Below are positions 22,815-35,585 of a stretch of 64,000 bases of DNA, one piece after another. Origin of the DNA: Mobula hypostoma (lineage: Eukaryota). A model generated the notes under the pieces. That model was not told the origin of the DNA and ran no database searches. It saw only the letters and a program-made list of their open reading frames with translations. The stretch's first letter is position 1. Each line of letters starts with the position of its first letter. Position numbers and translations under genes: made by a program. Location: the NCBI RefSeq assembly GCF_963921235.1, contig NC_086106.1:25482001-25546000 (forward strand), in the 5' to 3' direction.

Positions 22815-23599
22815 TTTGCATTCTTCTTCCAGTCAGGCTCTCATCCCTATTTCTCTCTCCTCCCAATGTTTATCGCTCTACTCTCTGTTTTATCGATCAC
22901 CAACTCTCGCTCACTCACCTCTTCATTTCTCTTACATCTCCAAGAGTTATCCACTTTGTCATTCCATCATACTAAACCGCCCACTTTCTCCCCCAGTTTT
23001 ACTCACCATATCAACCGCCCACCGTTTTCCCTGGATATCACTTCCTCTGCCCACTCGCAAAGCGCAATTCACACTCAGACGCATTATCTTCACATTTCTC
23101 CCGTCTGGCAAATGGGCGAAACGCCACTGAGGCTGACAATAAGAAAAACTACTTCACTCGGGGGAACGGGGATGTGCTTTGTGTTCTAGTCTCTTGTCAT
23201 AATGCGGTTCAGCCTTCTCTCTCCAGGAAAGTTCTTGTCGCTTGTGTCTTGCGGACGGACGAGAGTTGGATGAAAAATTTGCAGATGCTGAAAATCCAAC
23301 GCAACTCACAAAACTCTGGATGAAGTCAGCAGGTCAGGCAGAATCGGTAGAATTTTTTTTTTGTCGACGAATCGGGCCGAGACCCTTCTTCAGGCCTGAG
23401 AAGTAAGGAGGAAGATGCAAAAATGGAAATGTGAAGGGACATTCAAGAGGCTGACTGAAAGGCGATAGGTGAAACCAGGTAGCTGGGAAAGGCCAAGGGA
23501 TGTAAAAGAAAGAAACTGATAATCTTATTAAGGCATGATCTAATTGAATTGCGGAGCAGGTTTGACGTGTCAAATGGCATACTCCAAGCATTATTTCTG

Positions 23600-23778
23600 A
23601 TTGTCTTATCTTCGGTCCTTCCACGGTCATTAATTTCCTCACATCCTGAGCTACCGAATTTACCGCATTCGTATCTGTAACAACGTATCTGACGGCGTAG
23701 AAAACGCGCTAACTGATGAAGAAGGAATGATCCAGACAGAGCAGCCATTAAAATCAGCAACAAACACGAGGGTGATAC
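23600..23778 (-). pseudogene. Truncated family E V, second copy
   Basis: Leader 23733-23778 (LLILMAALSG), then TNAVNSVAQDVRKLMTVEG. Confidence 0.55.
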
Positions 23779-24641
23779 GGTGTCGGCATTAACATCAAAA
23801 ATAGGATTTTATCAGATTGTGATCCAGCTGAAGGTAATTACGTCACGTCAGGAACATCAGAGGCCCAGGGGAGACATGTGCCTTCCTCTCGAACCGGATT
23901 GGTATATCGCCTATGATGTGCCCTTGACTCGACAGGCGTGTTGGCTCCAGGTCAGCTTCTTAGGGTTCCATTTTCCCCCACTTACTTTACATAGTGTAGT
24001 AAATGGCTGTTGTGCTTTCTTCAGGGCAGATCCAGAGTCTCCCAGGGAGCTACATCTGCAGGGAATGCATTTGGCTGAAGCTCCTTGAAGACCATGGTAG
24101 GGATCTGGAGTGAGCAGCTCAATGACCTTCGGCTTGTACGGCAGAGCGAGAAGATAATCGATCGGAGACATAGGGAAATAGCCACAGCGAAGCTGCATGT
24201 GGCAAGTGGCTGTTGGACTATCAGGAGAAATGGAAACGTGAATAACAGTTAGCGCAGCGCACCCCTGTGGTCATTCCTGTCAATAGTATGAATATTTTTT
24301 TCTGCATACAGATGTGGGGGCTGAACTCCCAGGGGAATACTAGGGAGACAGGGCTACCGCAACGCAGCACTGGTCCGTGCTGCAGATGGGAAAGACGAAG
24401 AAGGGAGCGGTTGCGATAGGGGACTCAGCAATCATGGGAACAGACAGCAGATTCTGCGGACGAGAGCACAGGGCCCTGATGGTATGCTGCCTTCGACATG
24501 TCAGTTTGGAATCACTCTTATCACCTATTTCCTCTCCTTTCTGCCCATTCTCTATACCCCGTTCTTTCTGTTTCTCTTCTTTTTTGTCCTCGACTTTTCG
24601 TCTCTAACTTTCGTTCACTCACTTTCCCTTCCCGTTTCTCC

Positions 24642-24718
<77 letters not shown>

Positions 24719-25045
24719 ATCTCCCTATCTCCTCCCTCTTTTGCACGTATTCCGTGTGGATGCTCCTGACTGAGGCCCACGGGCGCCATGCGTCCATTGG
24801 ACGCAGTATCTGTTCAGCCCAGATCGGCAATTGTACTGCATTAGGGAGGGCTGTTCATGCAAATAGACATAGAGGAACCCTTCCCAAAACCACTGTAGAT
24901 ATTTAAATCCAACCAGTGGAAATTTCATTTCCAAACAACCTGATATCTTCACCTATGTAGTTTACCACTGAGTTTCGCTCGCATAAGTCAACCACGTGAC
25001 TGTTGCAAATACTTGGTTACGCCACTTCGACTTTTCTATCACGAC

Positions 25046-25480
25046 CCGCCCTCTAGCGATGGTTCACTGCATCACACCTCGCACATTCAGTATGTGTTTT
25101 AAACATAAATTCACTTTGAACAATGACAATTTCTCACAGTCCAGAAATGCAACGACCAAAATACTCTTTGCATTCTCTATCACGCTAAACATCCGCAGGA
25201 TCTGTCGCATTATCTGAATACTCAGTATAAATCAGAAGTAGCCACTGCAACATCCTTAATTTCTGCAGCATTACACTTGCTATTCTTTGTCAAACTAAAG
25301 CAAATAATTTGCCCATGCTCTGTTTTCCTTCAGTGAACCACTGTCCTATTTAAGTATATTGCAGTTCCACTTCGTCCATATTACTTCTCTGTGCAGAAGC
25401 TCGAACAATGTGGCCAAAGACAACGTCATTCTACGTTGCCAATGGTGATATGCCGTTGCAGCAAAGAGGGTGGGTGAATG
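25046..25480 (-). pseudogene. Ancient V relic retaining its CTCF-like site
   Basis: CCCTCTAGCGA..TCACTGCATCAC matches the family A post-RSS flank. Remnants of NC...NYLL and a TGCA acceptor context. Copies near 39480-39860, 47050-47224 and 55217-55650. Confidence 0.4.
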
Positions 25481-25689
25481 CACATTGCCGTATCCCGGAA
25501 ATACATTATAAGGATCCAGTCTGGGTGCGCGCTGTAGTCATGAACCGTTCCATTACCTTCACCGCCTTCTGTTGGTGATTGCAGCGCTGTTAAGCAGGGC
25601 CCGTGACCACGGCTGATTTCAGCGTGCGCCCTACCACTTTCTCGGCAAAAGTCGCCCTCGAGTGAGAACTTTTTTCATTGTACAGAACC

Positions 25690-25728
25690 AGTTTTTGTCC
25701 GGACCCGCCGTCTTTAGGCAACAGTGTG
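25690..25728 (-). other. 23-RSS with variant heptamer
   Basis: CACACTG + 23 nt + ACAAAAACT. Confidence 0.9.
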
Positions 25729-26160
25729 ATAGTCATTGCACAGAGATAGATGCCAAAGTCCGTCACAAGAGCTTTAGCGATATTCAGTTGAGCAGTCTTG
25801 CTGCCTTTCTGCAAACTAGCGGTAAATGCCACTGGGCAATCTGGATGCCGCTCCATTTTTCCTGTGCTATAAACCTTCAGCAAATACTTTGGAGATCCTC
25901 CACTATGTTGAATGTACCAAAAGGTATCTTCATCAGCGTCCCTGTAATTAGACTTCATTGTTATGGTCTGCACTTCCTTAGCCGTTACGTCGAGAGGATC
26001 CTGCGATACTGAATCTATCCCAGACGATCCTGCAAGAAAGGACTGAATGCTTTAACATCGCTAGCTTGTATTGGACACCGGGGAAATTCGCGGGCCACTT
26101 TAACAGAGACTCACCAGGCAGCAAAGGCAATGAAATCAGTAATGAACAGTGGGAAATCAT
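25729..26160 (-). CDS. Open V gene, family D, lacking Cys23 (leader 26115-26160, V exon 25729-26029)
   Basis: MISHCSLLISLPLLP-G|SSGIDSVSQDPLDVTAKEVQTITMKSNY..FWYIQH..HPDCP..DFGIYLCAMT. TGT>TCT at the first Cys, splice sites intact. Confidence 0.85.
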
Positions 26161-26423
26161 GGTGTATAATTTTGCTCTGAATCGAACGGCAGATTCCTTT
26201 CAGGACGTAATTATACCAGATATTATGATGTGAGATTGTTTCAGCGGTGCCTTTCACCTTTTGTAGGACCGAGGACGTTTCGTGGTTTAAAGGATTCGCT
26301 GCCAGGAAGTACGGATACCTTCGGCGGAACAATCAGGATCTGCTTTGTTTCCAGAGCGTCATTCTGCCTATTTCCTTGCTCTATCCTGGTACCACGTTCC
26401 CCTCCCCCCCCCCCACTCTCTCT

Positions 26424-26464
<41 letters not shown>

Positions 26465-27007
26465 ACACAGCAGTCTCACGGTTTGTAGAACACCTTCCGT
26501 AACCGTACATGTTCTACATATTATTCAAAAGTGACACAACAAAGGTGCCAGTGTACTGGAACTGAATGTCAATCGAATAAATCAACCATTTACTCCCCAG
26601 TCATTTTCTGACAGTGGTAAAACATCTTTCGTTGCAACATGCCAACGTCAATAATATTAACTACAACAATCGCCATTAGAGTGATATCCTATCCAATATT
26701 TGTCCGGAATATAAAGACATTGTGCACACAGAGATTCCTTCATCCTTGAGGAGATCTACCAAAGACAATTGCGATAAAGATGTCAATGTGCACACGAGCT
26801 TTGCGAAGATACTACGTGAGCGTGTGATCTCACATGGATTCAACGTAAGTTCTTTAGCTTGTACGATTTGTCTTGGTGAATATCGCCCTGATGAAATGGA
26901 CCTCGAGACCTTCATTGATCTGTGTACATCTATTATACTGTTTCAGAAAAGCGCGCCTCTGCCAACGGCCTGTTTTTACGGGTCTTGCATGTCCCTGCGA
27001 CAATATG

Positions 27008-27420
27008 AGTTCCAGGATACAAATGACAGAAGAACCGCGAGGATACAGAGATATTGAAATGAACCATATTCCTATCTTGCTGCAGAAAAGCTGTAAAGGT
27101 CAGGGCTCATTCTAGAGATTGTTACTCCTTTGTGTTGTACTCCTTCAGCAATTATCTTAGCCGTTCTCTTCGATGCTCAATATAAAAACGAATACACCTA
27201 TTTTAGATCGAGTAATTTCAGTTGTTTAATATTGGCTGCAATGCTTAGCAGTTAATTTAGGAGGGTATTGCGCTGCTGAATCTTTCCCGACTGAACACCT
27301 GTAATAAAGGACAGAATGTCTGGACTGCCTAGCTTCACATTCAACTGAATATATACACGTTGGCCTTTTTTTGCAGAGATTCATCGTACTGCATGGTAAA
27401 TATAACAGTTGGGGAAAGCG
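27008..27420 (-). pseudogene. Decayed V relic
   Basis: Acceptor TTATTACAG, then GKDSAAQYPPKLTAK...HFNIS. Heptamer relic CATATTG at 27001-27007 and a nonamer-like A-tract. Confidence 0.55.
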
Positions 27421-28769
27421 GGAGCACTGCCGTCGGCGTTGATAAAATCATTCTGGTATTTAACACAATTTTACCGATACTGGAGAATGAGTTCAGACCC
27501 ACCTTGATCAAAACTAAGCACCGATCAGAATGGCCTTTGACTTTAATCCAGTGTCACTGTCTGCCTGTGTGTCTCATCCCTCATATTCCGTCTCCCTTCT
27601 CACCACACGGCTGTCACGCACACTAACTCTCTTCCTTAGAATTTAATAACAGTTGCTTGAATTAAGCGAATATTGATTCCAGAAAAAAGAGAAATTAAGA
27701 AAAACATTGAAGGTCCAAGTATTTTCAAAATCTGATGTTCGTAATGCAATAAGTAAGATGAAGGGAGGAAAGGATCCTTTTTATGTCCGTTCTGTCGAGG
27801 TTTTTCAACTCAAAATTCCGACACTACTTTTTTTTATAGACCTTGACTCTCCTGCTCAGTTCCTCGAGCATTAGGTGTGTGTTGATCTAAAGGCAAATTT
27901 CATTCAATAAATAAGACTCTCTTACTGCTCTGATCAGCTCAACAAGTGAGGGAGAGGGTGGCGATTCTTACGAGAGATTCGGAGACTTAAAGCAATAACG
28001 TCATATGTCAATGCGACCTTCGCCGCTTGGTTCTTCATTAATTGATTTACCACAGCCAGTTGAATATCCCGTCTGCGCCGCAAGCAAAGCAGGTAACTAT
28101 CTGAAAAATAAAGCAGTAATTTATCTCCTTCCCCTTGGAGTATGCTCCTAAACGCCGCCAGCTGCTCCACTGGGCTTCACGCTGTGCAAACAAAAAAACT
28201 TCCTTCCAACGTTTGCATGTAACACACGGAAGTGGAAAACGGATTCTCTTACATGAAAGAGCGCACCAGATCAGCAGCCGAACATTTGAGACTCTCTGCC
28301 TGTCTTTGTCTTTGTACATATCAGAGACAGCCACTCATCGGACATCTGAGAGGTCTGCTCCATCCAATATTCCTCCTCCGCCTCTCGGGGATGTGCTTCA
28401 CTCCCTTTACCATTATCAGCCTACGATAACATTGTTTCTCCGCCGGTGTATTTGGCCATTAATGTGGTGGGGATATTAGCGCTGATACCTACTCAGAATA
28501 TTTTCCCTTGCTGGAGGACTCATTAGACCTTCCACATCTGATAACTCCTTCCCTTCACTCCGAAGCAACGATATCAACTTGTCTTTGAAGTCTCCAACCT
28601 CAGCTACGGGAAATTCGGGTTGCAATTCGGTACTCTCACTTCCACTGCACTCTTGTCTGTAGGCATGGGCCAGCTTCTCCCGGGACCACAACAGCACGAG
28701 GCTAAGCAACTGCCGTCACATCTTCCCCAGCCTGGACGAAAACGAAATATCTGCCCGCTGCTTGGTCAA

Positions 28770-28920
28770 ACTATCTACGTCACTGAATTTTGAGCCATCG
28801 ATTTTTGTAACGAAAGACAGAATCATTCAGCATCCCTGGAGGGTGCTTAACCCGGGAAATTTTGAGGTACTACGAGAAACTCACCAGACACAATTACTAA
28901 GATAACCAGAAATATGACGC
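28770..28920 (-). pseudogene. Leader and V-start relic
   Basis: ...ATCTTAGTAATTGTGTCTG|GTGAGT donor near 28880, then a QNSVT* remnant. Confidence 0.4.
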
Positions 28921-30050
28921 TGATCAAGATCAGCAGGGTTCCGGTAAATCGGGTTTACTGCCAGTTCTAGCCTGTTTGTTTGTAATTACTTCCGCCGACC
29001 TCTTTCTTACACGCTCCATTTATTTCTTTTTTCATTCGCCGCCCTTTCGTTACATCCTTTGACTTCCTGTTTATTTCATACGGCGCCGTTCACTTTGCAA
29101 CACCTTTCGTTATCGCCGCGCTATTCCAATCTCTCTCGCTCTCTCTCCCTCTCTCACCGCCCACCCCCCCCCCCCCACCCCCGGCCCTCTCTTTCTCTTT
29201 CTCTTTTGCCCCTCTCAATTTAACTTTTCCGGTTCTTTACGGTCCTACCTATTTCTTTTCCCGTGTACATCACTCTCTTCCTCCACTGCATCACTCCCAA
29301 ATTCTTAGGATTTAGCAACTAGACCGTTGCTCAACTGGTAATGTGACATTCACCGTGAGCGGGATAAATATCCTGTGAGAATTACTCATACGAATGAATT
29401 TCAATATTTCGTTGCACATCGTTGCGCTGTAGCAGAGAAGGGAACATAACACAGATCACGATATATGCAATTATGTGGGCATTTCTTTCAGGTAATGCAC
29501 TTCTAGTCGACTGTATTTTTTCACAAGCGAGTTTCAGTCAAACACTTGCTGAATGAGGTAAATTCAAATAAGATTAGACGATACGGTGTGATTTTATTAA
29601 GACACAGATGAATGAAAGTTTGAATCAGAAAATCAAACATTTTGTGAAAAGTCCAAATAACAACGTTTACTGAAACAATTACTGGACATAACTAGAAATA
29701 CTCAGTCTGCCTGGAAAGGACTATGGAGATTAAAGTTTCAGACCCTTCATGAGACTGTGAACTAACTTGGGCAGTGTCACCAAAGGGATTGTTTCATGCA
29801 TATCACCAGAGTACAATAATAGTGGTAAAATATCAACTTAGAAGTTTGAAAACAGATCATTTCATTCTGTTCTCCTTACTTCGACAGTAAACTGAACATT
29901 CTGTCTGTTCTCTTTTCCAGTCGTGCAGGTAATACATTGTGTACAGAGATAGTTTCTGCTCTGCATTTATAGGACTGCAGGATGCAGGATGAGATAGTCT
30001 CTTAACCCCAATGCACTTGTTCTGGCCTTACACTTAGCTGTCATGCAATA
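28920..30050 (+). repeat. Segmental duplicate of 59345-60390
   Basis: Collinear similarity starting TGATCA..GATCAGC..GGGTT. Confidence 0.8.
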
Positions 30051-30123
30051 TTTTTCGCCACTTCCCGATATTCGCTAGGCAAAAGGCCAGTGCAAATTAT
30101 AAGGAACAAAGGAATGGCGCATG
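29690..30123 (-). pseudogene. Possible very old V relic with leader relic at 30077-30123
   Basis: ACACCATG start and MRHS-LFLIICTGLLP-like leader with a dead donor. Weak RQNVQ-YC and FNLH..Q.D remnants. Confidence 0.3.
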
Positions 30124-30179
30124 GTGTCGGGCTACTGACTCTGTGGAAAGGCAGTCTAGTTCCAAGTAGCTACTTTTAA

Positions 30180-30416
30180 TTAACAGATATTGGGAATCGC
30201 GAGTATAAGTAAAATTCAGTGTTATAGTCCGTCCTTCTTCGAGCGTTACTTCAGGAGGGTCCTGTTTCACTAAATCTTCCCTCTCGCTTCTGCAAGAAAG
30301 GACACGTGTATGATCATCGCTGGTTTGCAATACAACCACCGGCCACTGATTGTTCATCACAGAGACTCACCGTACAGAACAGATAACCTAATTAGTAAGG
30401 AACGGAGGGGACGCAT
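30180..30416 (-). pseudogene. 3'-truncated V
   Basis: Leader MRPLRSLLIRLSVLY-G (30371-30416), frameshift at exon start, then DLVKQDPPEVTLEEGRTITLNFTYTRDSQY. The remainder is missing. Confidence 0.7.
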
Positions 30417-31149
30417 AGTGTTGGCATAGGCGATAGACCTGAAACGAAACTGTAGGCTGAGAATGGATCAGAGACATGGTTCTCCATGGGTAAGCTTGGG
30501 GCGTTTTCCTAATAAAGTATTAGATGATAAAGCGGAATCCGGCTTATTTAGGCAGAAATCGGCATCCGCGTTCGTTCTTTTCCTTTCTGCTATTCTATCC
30601 GTTCTTTCAATCATCGAAGTCATCAGGAATCTGATAACTATCGCTGCCCTAGAGTCTCCTGACACCCGACAAGCCTATCTTTCCAGAAATGTTTAATTCT
30701 GTCTTTGGCTCTCTACCGTTGGTGATCTTCCTCTCATGCTCCCTGCACCGTTACAGTCGCTGTAGCATTGAGTTATTGAGGCTCCAAGACAAATGGGTGA
30801 CGTGGTAGAGTGTTCCAGATAGACTAAATTTCCATTGCCTCTACATGCGGGGGGTGCAATGCTACCCTGGTCTATTGAAATAATTTTTGCTTCTGTTTAT
30901 CGGTGTCGGTGCTTGAACTTCTTTTTATTGTATGGAAAGAATGGACGTTTAAATCCGAAATGGCGCCTAACTGTAACTTCTTTGCTTGCAACTTCGGAAA
31001 CAGCTCAATTTCCATCTTTAATATCTCTATTTTTCCCTTTCAGGGTTCGTTTGAAGACGCTGACCTCAGTTACATGCTGACATCAGCTGTTTGCGGAAAA
31101 GGGCCCTGCTCCCGGGTGTCCATGATTGGCCGTTATTCCGTATCAAGGA

Positions 31150-31750
31150 TGCGGCCTAAGAGATTAGGTCGCCTTCTCAGTCCCAGGATCTCGTGGCTCT
31201 GGAGACGCGCGGACCGAAGGTCAGTGTCTCTGCAGGATTGCGGTGTGTGGAGTGCACGGAAGAACGAAAGCAGCGAGCTGGCTGCTGGCTGTGTGCCCCT
31301 AGACCCTCTTTATTTACGCACATAGCTCGGAAAACGGACTTTTGACATCGCAAATCACCGAGTTGTTTGTTATGACTCCCCTCTGAATGTGAAACGGAGA
31401 CATCTCTTCCTTCCTGATAAGAGAGACAGAGACTTGCAGTATGTCGAATACCGGTGGAATAAATAGTCTTTCGGATAGTGCAGGTCTGTGTCTTTGCTGA
31501 CGCTTTGCTGCACGGTGCTGGGTGCCGATGCTTTTTTTGCTTGTGGGGGAGAGGGGATTGTTGATTTGCTGCTGTTTACGCGTTGGACGGTGGAGCTGGG
31601 GGTAGTCTTTGGGGTTCTAACTTTTAAATGTCGATCATACTTTGGGGGCATTCCTCTGTTTGTCCTGGATCATTGCGAAGAATAGAAGTATTTTCGGATG
31701 TAAATGGTATATATTTCTCTCACATTAATTGCACCTTTGAAGCCTTTGAA
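31150..31750 (+). mobile_element. LINE 3' UTR/tail fragment
   Basis: Ends ..ATTTCTCTCACATTAATTGCACCTTTGAAGCCTTTGAA, a repeated-tail pattern typical of LINE ends. Confidence 0.45.
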
Positions 31751-32792
31751 ATCTAATCAGTGTTGACAACAGGAGAAATGGGCCACATGACTTGAAATTT
31801 TCAGCTGGTCTAAAAAGGTGTCAGGGGAGAGGACATTCAGGTTGTTCATCACCACGTTCTCCTGAAAATGTCAAAGAACACTAGCGCGCAAAATAGAAGT
31901 TTCATAAATCTTATATTTATCAGGATAGCCATTGCTGATCCAGGATGAGAAGGTTAACGTGATTACGGACTCCTTAAATCAATTTATCGTAAAATGCAAC
32001 TCGTAGAGGCCAACGTGGAAGAGCACAGTCTTTCCAAACCAGTTTGAAGTATTCCATGTCTTGTTTGAACAGAAGAGAGCAGTGAGGTTACGATCCACAC
32101 AGAGATCTTCCAATGCACATGAAGCCACAGTCAGCGCCGTGGACGTAAGGCCCATGATCAGCAGAGTGAACCCGTGGAAAGTACCTGGACTGGGTGGTGT
32201 CTAAGGCACTGCGGTTAGTTGCTGCACAACTCAGTTCGCAAGGCTACATGCTGAACATTTTCTCCTCGTCCCACTTCAATATCGGGCTCCCACCTGGCTT
32301 AGAAAATCACTATTAAGTTTGCTCCTCAGGAAAAATGAAATAACGTGCCTTATTGACCTCCGGCCAGTGACTCTGAATCTCTGAATCCATCATCATTACG
32401 TGATAATGGCATAGATTAACTCCAGCTACCCGGCCAAATTCGACCCACTGCTGTTCACTACTGCCAAAGCAATTTAACAGTGGACGCCTTCTTCCTAGTC
32501 TTACATGCATCTACAGGTGTACTTTAAGCGAACCCACATTCGCTAGACAGCAGTTATCGATCGCGCTATGTAAAGTCCCAGTTTGGGTGCGCGTTGTAAT
32601 CAGGAACAGTTCCTTGAGCTGCCGCGCCCTGTGCTGCTGATTGCAGCGCTCTGAAGTAAGGCAGGAAACCATGGCTGATTTCCGGGTGCGCCCCTCCACC
32701 TCCTGGGCAAAAAGATGCGCTCAACTGAGAACATTTCGCATTATTCAGGACCAGTTTTTCGTACGGACCCGCCATCTGCATTCAACCATATG

Positions 32793-33226
32793 ATACTCAT
32801 TGCACAAAGATACATGCTGGAGTCAAAAACATGAGCTTAAACGATCTGCAATTGAGCTGTCTTGCTGCCTTCCTGCTGACTAGCGGTGAATCTCACTGGG
32901 CAATCTGGATGCCGCTGTATTCTTCCTGTGCTATATACCGTCAGCAAATAATTTAGGGGTTTTCCACAATGCTGAATCCACCAAAAGATATCCGCATCAC
33001 CGTTGGTATAATTACATTTCAGTGTTATGGTCTGTCTTTTTCAGCCGTCACGTTGGGAGGATCCTGCGTCACTGAGTCAATGAACTACTCGTTCCTGCAA
33101 TAATGGGCAGAATACATCAACATCACTGTCTTGTACTGAGCGCCAGAGAAATTCGCCGGCCACCTTCGCAGAGACTCACCAGGCAGCACAGCCAGTGCAA
33201 ACACTAATGAACAGAGGGAAATTCAT
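32793..33226 (-). pseudogene. Family D V pseudogene
   Basis: 47-nt (frameshifted) leader, FR1 indels and an in-frame TAA. CNYTNGDADIFWWIQH..HPDCP..DSSMYLCAMS. Heptamer decayed to CATATGG (32786-32792). Confidence 0.85.
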
Positions 33227-33984
33227 GGTGTCTAATTTCTTGCTGAATCGACCGGCAGACTCCTTCCTCGTCGTCAATATCAGTTAGCGGTTACTGTTGT
33301 GTGGGATCTTTGAAGAGGTACCGTTTACTGTGTGTAACTTCGGGGACGTTTCCCTGGTTAAGGAATTCGCTGGCACTAATAACCGAGCCTTTCTGAGCGC
33401 CAGTCAGAATCCACTTTGTTTCCATTCGTCATTCTGGATTTCGCTCCCCTCTTTCAAGGTCCCGCATCCACCCCCCGCCCTATCCCGTCTCTCTGTCTCT
33501 CATTCTCTCATCTCACACTCTATCTTTCTCAGTGTGCCCAAATGTCGCTGCCCCCTTTCCTCTGCATATTCACAGCATATTCACATACTTACCGATGTGT
33601 AATCCAAATCAATTATGAATTTTCACGTGGTTACTTAGCAACAATTATCAGTCTTCCGGCATTGAACTAGTTATTCAATGTCAGCAAATGTTCATCTAGT
33701 TATTCCCTCATCGTTGTTTGCTGTTAGGGAGCCAATCTTCTATCCACGCCAAAAGACTCCTGACAGCACCCTTTATGGTGCCACCACTCCTTTCGTTAAA
33801 AAAAAAACTCACATTTGGCAGTTCCCTTGTAATTTCTTCCCATCGCCTAAAAATATCGTCCTCTCGCATGACCCATTTCCACCCTTAGCTTGTCCACTCT
33901 ATCTTGCCTCTTGTCATATTATACATAGTTATTAACTAAACCCTCATCTTCCGTCTTTCCAAAAAAAATGTTAGTTGTTCGCAG

Positions 33985-34210
33985 AAACTGAAATGTCCCG
34001 GGAAATATACATGAACTTGCGGGTGTGCAGCTGAACTTCAGCATTACGATTCGTCCTCCTTTAATCGTCCCAAACTATTCTACAAAAGAAGGACAAAATG
34101 ACTGAACATCCATTGCTCCTGCTGCACCTGCAAGACACCCACTGTATATTTGCCCAAAGTTTCACCGAGCAACACAGCCCATAGAATCAGTAAGAATCAA
34201 GGAAGCACAT
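33985..34210 (-). pseudogene. Truncated V relic (leader + FR1); copy at 41200-41439
   Basis: ATG...LLILWAVLL-G|GTGAAA donor, TTTTGTAG acceptor, then TIKGGRIVMLKFS. Followed downstream by a CR1 3' fragment (about 33690-33930). Confidence 0.5.
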
Positions 34211-35066
34211 GGTTTGTGGTTTCAAGCGCGATTTAAATCCAGATTACATACAAGAAGCTAAGACCACATTTTGAAAGAATGTTATCAGATACGCTGCACC
34301 CTTCATTTCGTGTAAAACCTGCGAACATTGCTCTGCTAAATGGGAATGGAACCGGGGAAGGCACAGCTGAGCCTGTTTAGCCACCGATCTGACTGGAACT
34401 ACTGCACTCTGTTTAGTTCTATATTTCTATTCTACTTGTCGATCTCAACCCTCATCTCTTCGTTCCTTCTTTCTCCTATATTTCCGTCCCTGCGTCACTC
34501 GATCGCCCTCTTTCTGCCTGTATATTTCAATCTCCATTTTTTCTAAATCACCAATGCAGATTTTAACTAGTTGTGGGAACATCGTTTAATCCAATTCCAG
34601 TCCACTCGGGATTCATTTTCAATCCGAAAGATAAACATCCATTTATCTACACTTTGACGAAGCTAATGTTTATACATGCCACCTGAAAATTATCTTGATC
34701 TAAGCATTTAGTGTTACCGCTAATAGGATGCTGTCTGGTCATATACACCCTCAGTATCTCCAGGTTGCACTCGTCTTCACTGCTAATCCCTCAAGGTAGA
34801 GAAAAATAGCCACAAGATATTGTTATTGGCAGGAAGGAGAGACATGGTCACCGAGATGTAGTGGAAATGTTCCGGAAATCTGCCACGATATCCCTAGGTA
34901 AAGCTAAATTTAAGAAGGGTTCCACAAAGTTTGGCGCATTTTGCTGCTGAAAGCCGCGTTTTAAGTTGATCACGTGATCCTCATGCTCTGCGCGTGCAGC
35001 TGTTCCAGTTTCCCAACACACAAGGCTGGATGTTGCCCGTAACCGCTGTCTCCCTGCAACACTGAG

Positions 35067-35585
35067 TGGTCCATTGCACAGAGGTATAGGCCAGAGTCCA
35101 GGACAAGAATTCCAGAGATATTTCAATGAGCTTATTCTGCGTTTGTGCACATCAGCTGGAAACCTCGTCGAATATTCATTCTGGGGGCCGCTCCAGTGTT
35201 CCTTTGCCATTTAGCTTCAGCAGTATTTTTTTTCAGAAATGTTCCGCAATTCTAGCGTATCAAAAATATTTGCATTAGTTCGTGTATAATTACAGAGTTA
35301 TGATCTGACATTCGTCAGCCATTAAATTAGGAGCATCCCAGATCATTCAATTGTTCCCTCTCGTCCCTGCAGTGACGGGCAGAATGCAGTAATATTCCTG
35401 ACTTGCTCTGAACTAACGTGGCACTCTCTGGTTGTGTATGCTGGATGACGAAAGTAATCAATGATAAACGGAGGGAACACATACTCCCTGGCTTCAGCCT
35501 CGACAGAACGGCAACTTACTTCCGAGAATTTATCTCTACGGCAAGTATTAAAGAGTAAAACTGTATCAAAATAGAATTCTCGGTG
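35067..35585 (-). pseudogene. Family B V pseudogene, copy 1
   Basis: Exon 35067-35366 with multiple stops, ending DSGLYLCAMD. RSS CTCAGTG + 23 + GCAACATCC (35028-35066). Leader lacks an ATG. Confidence 0.85.

Noticed and set aside
24857-24864. Ig octamer ATGCAAAT (also 55029-55036)
   Set aside because: It is not upstream of a leader, the two copies come from one duplication, and about 2 hits are expected by chance in 64 kb.
19493-24906. Many Ser/Leu-rich ORFs over CT tracts
   Set aside because: They are microsatellite translation artefacts.
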